Assembly: GCA_023205875.1 (NCBI GenBank)
Contig: CP060755.1
Coordinates: 1,178,001 to 1,242,000 of the forward strand
Origin: Chloropicon primus
Lineage: Eukaryota
DNA length: 64,000 bases
Direction of reading: 5' to 3'
Shown in pieces: positions 1 through 9,259 of this stretch (positions are counted from its first letter, which is position 1; each line of letters opens with the position of its first letter). Made by a program: the position numbers and the translations under genes. The notes under the pieces were generated by a model that was given only the letters and a program-made list of their open reading frames with translations, did not search any database and was not told the origin of the DNA.

Positions 1-4
1 GGTT

Positions 5-958
5 TTGACCGAGGAGACGAGCGACGAGGGAGACGTCGCTCAGGCTGACCCGTGCGCCCCCGCGTTCGCTGCGCTGAGGGAGACGTCAAAGGTTGTGGGA
101 AACGTTCCCGCATCGGCCCTCCCCTTCCCTCACCTCGTTCTGGACGACGTGTTTCCGGAAGACTATTACCAGCTTATGCTTGAAAACGTCATCGACACCG
201 AGTTGGCGACTTCCGAGCTCTTCACTCGGCGCAGCGCTGTGAAGCCCAGGTACACGCTCATTCTGCGAGAGAACGTGACGGAGTACTCGAAACACGAGCT
301 GAAAGCGATCAAGAAGAAGGTCAAGTTTTGGAAATGCCACTACCTGGCGTTTGGTTCGCCGGAGTTCACAGCAGCCCTGCTCAAGCCCTTCAGGTCGATC
401 GTGGAGCGACGCTACAATGGCACCGTGAAGTACAACGCCAAGAAGTTCCACCAGTACTTGACTCTGGTCCAGGATCGCTCCGAGTACTTCATTACGCCGC
501 ACACCGATGTGTACACTAAGTTCGTCACGAACTTGTTTTATATCTGCGACGAGAGGGACGCCGAGTCCCTGCGAACGTCCGGAACTTTGATCCTGGAGCC
601 CGTGGCCCGAAACCCAAGCAGGAGGAGGAGGAAGAAGAAAAGGAAGAAAAGGAAGACGCGGTCGTTGCTGGAGACGAAGGTAAGCGATCTTCCTACCAAA
701 ACCCCTCCCGAGGGGAAGGTGACGACTCTGGAAAACTTTGATCCGACGAAAGAATTTTTGGAGAACCAGGGAGTTGTATACAAGTTCACACAAATGGAGT
801 TCCGGCCCAACAGGCTCGTGGCCTTTGCCCCGTGCCAGCAGAGCTGGCACGCCGTTCCCCTGCAGATGTACACAGGCAAGGTTGTCAGGAACACGGTCCA
901 GGGTTTTGTCTCCTTCGATGGCGAGACCCCTGACAAGGAGAGCTGCACTCCATTCTGA
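5..958 (+). CDS. 2OG-Fe(II) oxygenase-like protein, probably 5'-truncated by the window edge
   Basis: HxD (ITPHTD), distal His (SWHAV) and downstream Arg (VRNT) fit the 2OG-Fe(II) facial triad and co-substrate Arg. Coding-like codon usage. The ORF begins at a non-ATG codon at the window start. Confidence 0.6.
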   Translation: MTEETSDEGDVAQADPCAPAFAALRETSKVVGNVPASALPFPHLVLDDVFPEDYYQLMLENVIDTELATSELFTRRSAVKPRYTLILRENVTEYSKHELKAIKKKVKFWKCHYLAFGSPEFTAALLKPFRSIVERRYNGTVKYNAKKFHQYLTLVQDRSEYFITPHTDVYTKFVTNLFYICDERDAESLRTSGTLILEPVARNPSRRRRKKKRKKRKTRSLLETKVSDLPTKTPPEGKVTTLENFDPTKEFLENQGVVYKFTQMEFRPNRLVAFAPCQQSWHAVPLQMYTGKVVRNTVQGFVSFDGETPDKESCTPF

Positions 959-1319
959 AGAACCCAACCTCACCACCTATTTTTTAAATATTCAATAAAC
1001 AACACCGAAAAAAGAAATTCATTTTTGCGACCGAGGGGGACGAGATTGACCCGCCCCTTCCTTCTGGCACCTCCCCAAGGGCTCTCTTGCTCCCCTCCCA
1101 AAGTATCAGGATACTAGAGTTTTCGGTCGGCAAAGTGCAGTCATGATCCGAGAACTGGGAGACTAGGTTTTTGGTCTGTTTTAAGGAAGAGAGAGAGAGA
1201 GAGAGAAGAGGGGACGGAGAGGGAGAGGGAGAGGGGAAAGCCTGGGCCAAGGTGGCGCCTTTGAAGGGAAGAGAGCAAGCAGCGGAGTGGGAGAAGGTGT
1301 CAACTCGTTGAGAGCCAGG

Positions 1320-3788
1320 ATGACGACGAGAGTAAGGGAGTTTATCAAGCAGGTGAGGGACTGCAAGACCGCGGCGGAGGAGAGGGCTGTAATAGCGAAG
1401 GAGTCCGCAGCACTGCGGACGCTCTTCAAGCAGAGCGACGGCAAGAGCAAGGCCGCGAGCATTGCCAAGCTGGTGTACCTGCATATGCTCGGGTACCCGA
1501 CGCACTTCGGGCAGATGGAGTGCCTCAAGCTCATCGCGGGGAACCAGAACTCGTACGCCGAGAAGAGAATTGGGTACCTCGGTCTCATGTCCCTCCTGGA
1601 CGAGACCCAGGAGATCCTCATGTTGCTCACGAACTCGCTCAAGGTGGACCTGAACGCGAAGAACGACTTTGTGGTGAGGGTGGCCCTCGGGGCCCTTGGC
1701 AACCTTTGCAGCACGGAGATGGCGAGGGACCTCTCCACGGACGTGCGGAAGCTGATGCTGTCCAAGTCCCACCCCATCCAGGAGAAGGCCGTGGTGTGCG
1801 CCATACGACTCATACAGAAGTGCCCGGAGCTCGCGATCGAGTTCAAAGACGAGGCCCTCGCCCTCCTGGACCTTAAGAACAACTGCATCGTAAGCCTTCA
1901 CGGAACGATGCTCCTCGCGGTGGAGATTTGCAGGCACGAGCCGGAGGCCGTGTCCTGGTACGCTGCGAAGCTTGATGTCACGGTCAGAATCCTCAGGAAG
2001 TGCATCATGCAGCCCGTCGCCAGGACTTGCTTCATCCAGCAGAAGATTCTGTACCTGATGAGAGTCATCGGGAAGGGGAACACGGAGCTCACAGATCGCA
2101 TGTCGGACGTCCTGGCAGAGGTCGCATCCAAGACAGACCCCACGAGGACCGCAGGAAGCTCCGTGCTTTACGAGTGCGTCCTCACCATCATCGAGACAGG
2201 GAGCGTCGGGGGGCTCAGGGTTCTCGCCGTGAACATTCTGGGAAAGTTCCTGGGAAGCAGGGACAGCAACCTGCGCTTCGCTGCCTTGCAGACGCTCAAG
2301 AAGGTGGTTGACCTCGACGCCAATGCCGTGCTGAGGCACAAGGCCGTGATCATGATGTGCATAAAGGACACGGACATCTCGATCAGGAGGAAAGCCTTGG
2401 AGCTGGCCTTCGAGCTCGTGAGCGAGAAGAATGTGGAGGTCTTCATGTCAGACTTCTTGGGCTTCTTGGACGAGGACGACCCCCAGTTCAAGACGGAGCT
2501 CGTGGGCAAGATCTGCCTCGTGGTGGAGACCTTCGCTCCCACGCCAACGTGGTATATTGACATCATGACGGAGGTCCTTCTGAGGGCGGGAAAGTACGTC
2601 AACGAGTCGGCCTTCAGAAGCTTTGCGGCCCTGATAAGCACGGCCACGAGCGATCAGGGCTATGCCGTGAAGAAGCTGTTCAGCATCATCTCCTACGAGC
2701 CGGAGAAGTCCAACGAGGTCCTTCTCATCCTGTCCCTGTGGTGCATTGGGGAGTTCGCTCTCGAGCTGACGGTAGGGGAGGACAGCGTTACCAGCACGGA
2801 GATCGTATCCGTCTTCGAGAGGGTCATGAGGACCAGCTTTGCCACCAAGGTTGTCATCGAGTATGCCCTCACCGCCCTCGTCAAGCTGAGCGACAGGTAC
2901 CCGGCGGAGGCGGACAGGATCAAGGGCCTGATCCTGGCCTACAATTCTTCCACGCATCTCGAGATTCAGCAGCGCTCTTGCGAATTCAACAAACTGTTTA
3001 ACCATGGCAAGATCCTGCCCCAGGTTCTGGAGTCCATGCCCCCTATCCTGAACGGGGTCGGCGACGAGGATGGCCTCGAGCAGTCCGGGGGTGCCGTGGC
3101 GGCAGCCGCGTTGGATTCCCCAGCCCCCGGCGCTGCGTTGGGATCCGCGCCCGCGGACCCCATGGGAGACCTCCTCAACATGGATGTGGGCGGGCCCTCC
3201 GCCAGCGGCTCTGGGGACGTCCTCGCCGACTTGCTCGGCGGCGGTGGATCTGATCCGGCACCCCCTGCCGCGGCCGCCCCTGCCCAGCCCCAGGCCTCAG
3301 ATCCCCTGATGGATCTCCTCGGGGGAGGGGGCATGGGAGGCGCGCCGGCGACCCCCGGGCAGGCGGGTGACATGCTCGCCGACATGCTCAGCGGGCCCGC
3401 GTCCACGGCAGCGCCCGCAGCCCCGGCTTTCCCGAGCATCACGCCCTACCAGAAGGACGGCATCGCGGTGGAGTTCTCCTTCGAGAAGGACCCCAACCAG
3501 ACCTCCTCGACGGTGATCCAGGGCAAGTACTCGAACGCGGGACCGGCCCCTGTGTCCAACTTTGTCGTCCAGTGCGCCGTGCCCAAGTACCTGCAGCTGA
3601 GGATGGAGCCAGCATCGGGCAATGCTCTCGCCCCTCAGAACGCCACGCCAGTCAGCCAGAGGATCACGGTCAACAACACCCTGCACGGACAGAAGCCTCT
3701 GATGATGAGACTGAAGCTGGACTTCAGCCTGAACGGGGTGCAGAAATCCGAGATGGTCGAAGTCAGGGACTTTCCTTCGGGCCTCTGA
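1320..3788 (+). CDS. AP1G: AP-1 complex subunit gamma (gamma-adaptin)
   Basis: REFIKQVRDCKTAAEERAVIAKESA and LHMLGYPTHFGQMECLKLIA trunk motifs, a low-complexity hinge, and a C-terminal GAE ear (QCAVPKYLQL). ATG at 1320, intronless, TGTAA near 3900. Confidence 0.97.
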   Translation: MTTRVREFIKQVRDCKTAAEERAVIAKESAALRTLFKQSDGKSKAASIAKLVYLHMLGYPTHFGQMECLKLIAGNQNSYAEKRIGYLGLMSLLDETQEILMLLTNSLKVDLNAKNDFVVRVALGALGNLCSTEMARDLSTDVRKLMLSKSHPIQEKAVVCAIRLIQKCPELAIEFKDEALALLDLKNNCIVSLHGTMLLAVEICRHEPEAVSWYAAKLDVTVRILRKCIMQPVARTCFIQQKILYLMRVIGKGNTELTDRMSDVLAEVASKTDPTRTAGSSVLYECVLTIIETGSVGGLRVLAVNILGKFLGSRDSNLRFAALQTLKKVVDLDANAVLRHKAVIMMCIKDTDISIRRKALELAFELVSEKNVEVFMSDFLGFLDEDDPQFKTELVGKICLVVETFAPTPTWYIDIMTEVLLRAGKYVNESAFRSFAALISTATSDQGYAVKKLFSIISYEPEKSNEVLLILSLWCIGEFALELTVGEDSVTSTEIVSVFERVMRTSFATKVVIEYALTALVKLSDRYPAEADRIKGLILAYNSSTHLEIQQRSCEFNKLFNHGKILPQVLESMPPILNGVGDEDGLEQSGGAVAAAALDSPAPGAALGSAPADPMGDLLNMDVGGPSASGSGDVLADLLGGGGSDPAPPAAAAPAQPQASDPLMDLLGGGGMGGAPATPGQAGDMLADMLSGPASTAAPAAPAFPSITPYQKDGIAVEFSFEKDPNQTSSTVIQGKYSNAGPAPVSNFVVQCAVPKYLQLRMEPASGNALAPQNATPVSQRITVNNTLHGQKPLMMRLKLDFSLNGVQKSEMVEVRDFPSGL

Positions 3789-4040
3789 GTTTCTCACAGA
3801 CCTCAGAGCTGGCTGGCTTGGAGGGGGGAACGAAGGGGTCTGGGGGCCAGGCACCACACGATTGGCAAATGGCACTCGACAAACCTTTACCACCTTGATT
3901 GTAATTTTATAAAGCCAATTATTGATTGTCACGACGACACAAAGTCCCTTGTCCTTGTCCTTCCTCCTGTGGATCTTCTCTTCTTGAGGATCAGAGCGAG
4001 CCACAAAGCCCAGCGGCCGGGCCGGAGAGCGAAGGCAAAA

Positions 4041-5201
4041 ATGAATGCCGAACGAGCGTGGACGAGGAAGGAGGTGAAGAGGGTTGTCGGTGGGGCCGTT
4101 CGGCGGTCTGCACAGCAGGTTCGCGCGAGCACGACGGCCGCGTACACGCCGCTCACTCGCCAGCTGGGCGAGAGCGACCTGAGAGTCCCCGAGGTTTGCC
4201 TCGGCACGATGACGTGGGGGCAACAGAACACCGAGGCCGAGGCGCACGCTCAGATGTCCTACGCGCTCGATCGGGGCGTCAACTTCATGGACGCCGCGGA
4301 GATGTACCCCGTCCCGGCCAAGCAGGGGACACAAGGATTGACGGAGAAGTACATCGGCACCTGGCTGAAGCACCAGAAAAGGGACCAGATAATCATCGCG
4401 TCTAAGGTGGCGGGCAAGTCTGAAAGGATGACCTACCTTCGCGACAACGGTATCGTTCGAGTAACGAAGGCGGACATCCAGGAGGGCGTGGACAAGATCC
4501 TTCGGAGACTAGGCACGGATTACGTCGACCTGCTGCAGGTGCACTGGCCGGACCGCTACGTCTCGCTGTTCGGGGCCAAGCAGTACGACGAGGCGGAGGC
4601 GTGGGAGGCCGTGCCGTTCGAGGAGCAGCTGGAGGGGATGAAGGCCGTGATTGACGCCGGAAAGGTGAGGCACGTCGGCGTGTCCAACGAAACGTCTTTC
4701 GGCGTCATGGAATTCATACGGTGCTCGGAGCAGTACGGGCTTCCGCGGATGATCAGCATCCAGAACGGGTACTCCATGATCAACAGAGGCCAATTCGAGA
4801 CAAACTTGTCGGAGTGTTGCGCGAAGCGCAACTGCAACGTGGGTTTGCTTGCTTACTCCCCCCTCGCCGGAGGAGCTCTCACGGGCAAGTACAACGAGGG
4901 GGATGTCGAGGGAGCGAGGCTTTCGCTCTTCCCGGGCTACATGTCGAGGTTCAGGACGTCCCTCGCGTTGGACGCTGTCAAGGAGTACACCGCCATTGCC
5001 CAAAGGCACGGGCTCACCCCCACGCAGCTCGCCCTGGCCTGGTGCAAGTCGAGGTGGTTCGTCACGAGCACGATCATTGGCGCGACCACCATGGACCAGC
5101 TGGAGGAGAACATCGACGCCTTTGGCGTGGAGCTCGACGAAGAGATCTTCCAAGAGATCGACGCGGTGAACAAGAAGTACCGCGACCCCGCGATGTTCTG
5201 A
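4041..5201 (+). CDS. Aldo-keto reductase, Tas-like, probable organelle transit peptide
   Basis: CLGTMTWG, DAAEMYPVP, DLLQVHWPDR, GVSNET, YSPLAGG and IIGATT motifs. Arg/Ala-rich N-terminal extension. First ATG at 4041. Confidence 0.93.
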   Translation: MNAERAWTRKEVKRVVGGAVRRSAQQVRASTTAAYTPLTRQLGESDLRVPEVCLGTMTWGQQNTEAEAHAQMSYALDRGVNFMDAAEMYPVPAKQGTQGLTEKYIGTWLKHQKRDQIIIASKVAGKSERMTYLRDNGIVRVTKADIQEGVDKILRRLGTDYVDLLQVHWPDRYVSLFGAKQYDEAEAWEAVPFEEQLEGMKAVIDAGKVRHVGVSNETSFGVMEFIRCSEQYGLPRMISIQNGYSMINRGQFETNLSECCAKRNCNVGLLAYSPLAGGALTGKYNEGDVEGARLSLFPGYMSRFRTSLALDAVKEYTAIAQRHGLTPTQLALAWCKSRWFVTSTIIGATTMDQLEENIDAFGVELDEEIFQEIDAVNKKYRDPAMF

Positions 5202-5258
5202 AGGGCAAAGAGATTTAGTTACACATGCTTTTCATTTTTTACACACACGCCGTTGTTC

Positions 5259-5807
5259 TCAAGAGCGAGAGCCGCCACCAGCGGCAGCCGCTGCGTTCAA
5301 AGCCTCGATCTCAAAGTTCTTGTAGACGCTGTGGTAGTACTCCCCCTCGAGCCTCCCCAGCTGCTGCTGCTGCTGCTGCTGCAGCAGCTTTCTCTCCCTA
5401 TTCAGCGTCTCGACCTGCTCCTCGAGCTCCGCCGTCTCCCTCTCCACGCTGCTGCAGAGGCCCTCCAGCTGCTTGTTGGCCGCCCTCCACACCAGGGCCC
5501 CCGACTTGAGCATGAGCTCCAGGTTCTCCACCCTCACGGACTGGTGCTCCAGCTGACTCGAGGCGTTGTTCACCGCGCCGAGCCACGGCTCCGCCTTCTT
5601 CCCGCTCGGCTCCCCGAGGTCGTACCTCGAGAGGTCGAGGCTCCGGGACGGGGTCGGCGGTGGACCGCAGGGCGAAGCCTGCTGAGGCTTGGGGACACGC
5701 CGGGCCTCCTCCTCGATGAGCGCCTCCGCCTGCCGCCTGTACTCCGGGCTGAGCACGTCCGCGTAAGGCAGGGAGTCTATCAGGACCTCCTCTTCCCTCC
5801 CGTCCAT
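5259..5807 (-). CDS. SPF27: Pre-mRNA splicing factor SPF27/BCAS2
   Basis: IDSLPYAD, EALIEEE, LDLSRY and SQLEHQ..R.ENLELM motifs, with a C-terminal coiled coil. ATG at 5807. Confidence 0.88.
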   Translation of the reverse strand: MDGREEEVLIDSLPYADVLSPEYRRQAEALIEEEARRVPKPQQASPCGPPPTPSRSLDLSRYDLGEPSGKKAEPWLGAVNNASSQLEHQSVRVENLELMLKSGALVWRAANKQLEGLCSSVERETAELEEQVETLNRERKLLQQQQQQQLGRLEGEYYHSVYKNFEIEALNAAAAAGGGSRS

Positions 5808-6047
5808 CTTGCGCGCGTGCGCACTCCAAACCAAACCAACAACAACAAGCACCTCGTGTTCGGGGGCCGCCGAAGCCGAAGAGTGAGTGAGTGCGAGAGA
5901 GATGCGAGAGAGAAAAAAAGTAATGAGAGGGGGGGGAGGGGGGCGCGATCGATCGATCTCACTCGCGTTTTTTTCCTTCTCGACAAAAAATGATAACAGT
6001 AGTGTTACAAGAGAAAGACGGGATCGAGCTTGGGGCACGAGCGACGC

Positions 6048-7229
6048 TCACTTGGTGCAGAGGGAGTCCACGCAGCCGAAGACGTCCTTGTAGGCCTTGA
6101 CGCGGACGCCGGGCTGGCTCCAGGACCCCCCGTGGAGGACCGCGTCATGGTTCCCCACGTGGTCCCTCGCCTTGATCCCGGTGCACTCGTCGAAGGGCCA
6201 GTAGGCCACCAGGCCCTCCTCCGTGCCGGAGAGCCTCAGGTGCATGGTGGAGTGGATCTGCTCCGGCGTCCGCTCCACGTCCCAGAACCGGATCTCGTCC
6301 AGCTCCCCGTCGAAAAAATCGATTGGCGCCCCCTTCTCGTACATGGCCCCGAAGAGGACGGGCGTCTCGTTGTTGTTGTCCTGGGCCCCCTCGGCCTGGC
6401 TCTTGACCAGCGTGCCGTTGAGGTAGATCTTGGCCTCCTTCCCCCCGTACACGGCGGCGACGTGGGAGAAGACGTGGAGGGGGAGCTCGTGGTCGCTCTC
6501 CTGGCCCCAGGGCGCGACCTCCCGGTGGAAGAACACGCCCCCCGAGGGAACCAGCTTGAGGAAGTACTGGCCCCACTTGCCCCTGTTGTACTTGGAGACG
6601 ATCGCGAGGTGGTTCTCGCCCGTCACGGGCTTCACCCACACCTCGATCGTGAAGGGGGAGTCGCCCCGGAACTGGAGGTTCCCGCTCGCCGCGACCTCCG
6701 CGTACTCCTTGCGGAGGGACTCGAGCTTCACCGCGCACCCGGTTGAGAAGCTCGCGGGGGGGGACCCCGGGGAGGAGGGCGAGAGCGCGGCGGACTGGCC
6801 GCTCTCGCCCTCCGCGAACTGGAGGGCGTGGACCACCGCGCGCAGCATCTTGCTCTTGCCGTCGCCGCCCGAGCCGAACTTGATCAGGAAGGAGGCGTTC
6901 TCCTGCAGGGTGACCCGCCCGTCCCTGTTCTCGTCCACGAGGGAGCTCAGGATCGCAACCTGCTCCCTCGTCACGTTCCGGTCCGCGTACTCCAGGAACA
7001 GGGACAACGCGTAGTCCTCCCACGCCACGTTCTGGGAGTAGAAGAAGTGCTTGGACCAGAACGCGCCGCTCTCCTCGCTCGCGTAACGACGCCGAGAGCT
7101 CCGGGAGGAAAAGGAGAAGAGCGGCGCGTTCAGCAGCAGGGACAACGCGTAGACCAGGAACAGGAAGACCGAGGCGACCCCGACCCGCCACGCCGCCTTG
7201 GACCGCCGACCTTGGTGGTGCTTCCCCAT
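6048..7229 (-). CDS. Type II membrane protein with an EF-hand and a LamG/concanavalin-A-like domain
   Basis: N-terminal hydrophobic anchor and DENRDGRVTLQE EF-hand loop. LamG-like motifs FTIEVWVKP, HVAAVY, FDGELDEIRFW and GLVAYWPFDE. Confidence 0.8.
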   Translation of the reverse strand: MGKHHQGRRSKAAWRVGVASVFLFLVYALSLLLNAPLFSFSSRSSRRRYASEESGAFWSKHFFYSQNVAWEDYALSLFLEYADRNVTREQVAILSSLVDENRDGRVTLQENASFLIKFGSGGDGKSKMLRAVVHALQFAEGESGQSAALSPSSPGSPPASFSTGCAVKLESLRKEYAEVAASGNLQFRGDSPFTIEVWVKPVTGENHLAIVSKYNRGKWGQYFLKLVPSGGVFFHREVAPWGQESDHELPLHVFSHVAAVYGGKEAKIYLNGTLVKSQAEGAQDNNNETPVLFGAMYEKGAPIDFFDGELDEIRFWDVERTPEQIHSTMHLRLSGTEEGLVAYWPFDECTGIKARDHVGNHDAVLHGGSWSQPGVRVKAYKDVFGCVDSLCTK

Positions 7230-7505
7230 CCTCCTCCTCCTCCTCGTCGTCGTCGTCGTCGTCGTCGTCACAGCAGCAGCAGCAGCGGTCGAGCGAGGTG
7301 GCGGCGGCGGCTTCGAAGGCTCGCGGGATCCGGCATCAGAGGAGGAGGGAAAAAAAAAAAAAAAAGGAGCGAAGACTGGACCTGCGCGCGCGCGCGGCCG
7401 CGAGACCCGACCCTAGGACTAATTCTGCGTCCTCGGCTTCCCTTCGAGCACAGATCAGATTGACGCCTATCACCGAACATATCGTAGAGTCTGGATCGAG
7501 GATCA

Positions 7506-7616
7506 GCGCGAGGATCTACTTGCAGAGTAACCAGATACGTAGCGACATATTAGCGTATGATGCCTACGTGTGCCTACGTATGCCTACGTATGCCTGGTTA
7601 CTCTGCAGCGCGAGGA
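7506..7616. repeat. Small foldback (MITE-like) element with inverted arms, internal 10-nt tandem repeats and flanking direct repeats
   Basis: TGCAGAGTAACCAG (7521-7534) is the exact reverse complement of CTGGTTACTCTGCA (7594-7607). TGCCTACGTR occurs three times at 7561-7590. GCGCGAGGA occurs at 7506-7514 and 7608-7616. Confidence 0.7.
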
Positions 7617-8970
7617 GGAAGCACGACGACGGACGACGACGGGAATTGCTGGAGTGATTCCGAGGACGCGATGTGAATGCAATTCCTCGCCAAGGCGATT
7701 CACTTCACTTGCATTGCCTTTCGCACCAACCCTTGGAAGTGGAGCGAAGGAGAACTCGTTAGAAGAAAGAGATCCTCGATCAAACAATCAACAGGTTAAT
7801 GGATCATTCTTGTTGTGTGTCATGTTTTGCAATGTGTCTTTCCTCTCTCTCTGGTCTCTGCTCTGGTCATTCCCCCTCTGCATCGGCGGAAGGGGTGTGC
7901 ATCGGAAGGGGTGTAGCTTCCAATGTGTTAGCTTCTCGAGCTAGATGAGTCGTGGCTCTCTGCGGGCTTGCTCTCAGGTTCAGCTAGGTCGCCGAGTTCC
8001 GATTGAATTCTGTTACAAGCTCCCTCGATCGATTACTTCCTGGCCATGACGGCACGGACCCCCTGTCGTACATGGAATCGGCGTCAATTTCAGAACTGTC
8101 TTGTGGCTTGGAGCTCGATGCCAATGCCATCGAGGCAGTTCCTAAGGTAGGTACTCCTTTGTGGAGGCGTTGATGGGTATCTCTAGTAACTAAATCTCTC
8201 GATCCAGGCTGAAGAGGCCGAGAGCTGACCTCAGTCGTGTGATCGCCGTCCGTTCCTGCTGCTGAAGAGAGAAAGGTGGGAGAATGAGGGAGATGTTACG
8301 AAGGAAGGAATGACGGGAATTGCCAGTGAAGAACTCCCCTGGAATCACCGGCACGGTAGTGGATAGGAAATTGGCGTTGGCACTGGCCTTACCCGTGAGT
8401 CACGGGCCGTGACGGAGGGCGAACGAGGGAGGAGGAAGGAGCGGTGGATCGATCGAAAAGACTACGACCCGACCCGACTTTTGATCTCGGTGGCATCACC
8501 TTGTCCACGTCGAGTGGAAGGCTGCATTTGCTCCCGTTGTTGTCGGCTCCTCCAGGAACACCGTTTCTGCTGCTTCTGTTGGTGCCTAAACAGGAATGAC
8601 GTTGGTGGTGAGGGCGATGGTGAGGGCAATACAGTCGTCGCTGCTAGCGCTGACCAGCAAAAAACACGAAGTATGCATGTACAGGTTCCGGTTCCTCTCA
8701 TGTGCGGAGTGTGTATTTTCCGCGGCTGGTGTCTGGTCTGGTTCGGCGAGTGTCCATTCTTCGAGGTCGGGTTAGAGTGATTTTGATCCTTCGACTTTTC
8801 GACAGCGCCTTGGACCTCACCCAAATCTTTGGTGGTCGCGCTTAGGATGTTCTGTCCCATGTCCGTTGTGCTCTGACAGTTCGACTCTTCCATGCCAAGT
8901 ACCTCGTTCAACACTCCTCCTGCCTTCACAACGAATTCGTCTTGGACCAGCTCTGCAAGTCCCTCAAATT

Positions 8971-8980
8971 AAAAAAAAAA
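8971..8980 (-). terminator. Pol III oligo-T terminator of tRNA-Leu
   Basis: T10 on the minus strand directly after the discriminator base. Confidence 0.85.
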
Positions 8981-9095
8981 TGTCAGAGACGAGATTCGAA
9001 CTCGCGCAGACAGAAGTCTATGGCAAACCCCAATTTTTCGGGCAAGATTTCGAGATCTTGAGTGCCACCCCTTAGACCAGCTCGGGCACTCTGAC
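8981..9095 (-). tRNA. tRNA-Leu(CAA) with a 30-nt canonical intron (9027-9056)
   Basis: Acceptor stem GTCAGAG/CTCTGAC plus discriminator A, D-arm with TGG, anticodon stem TGGCA/TGCCA around CT-CAA-G. Intron after position 37, long variable arm AGAC-TTCT-GTCT, T-arm GCGAG-TTCGAAT-CTCGT. Mature length 85 nt. Confidence 0.95.
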
Positions 9096-9259
9096 TGTAG
9101 AAAACGCACATTACTTTTTTTTGGCATTTTTTACTTTATATACCTCGGCATCGAGGGGGGCGAGCTGCTCGCTGAGGGCTGCGGACGGGACGGGCGCACA
9201 CACACGGCGGGGACTGGTTCTACGCGCACACACCCTGCCTGCCCTCCTGCCCTCCTGCC

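Noticed and set aside
7561..7594. Repeated decamers as a possible CRISPR array
   Set aside because: Contiguous 10-nt units with no spacers, no cas genes and a eukaryotic context.
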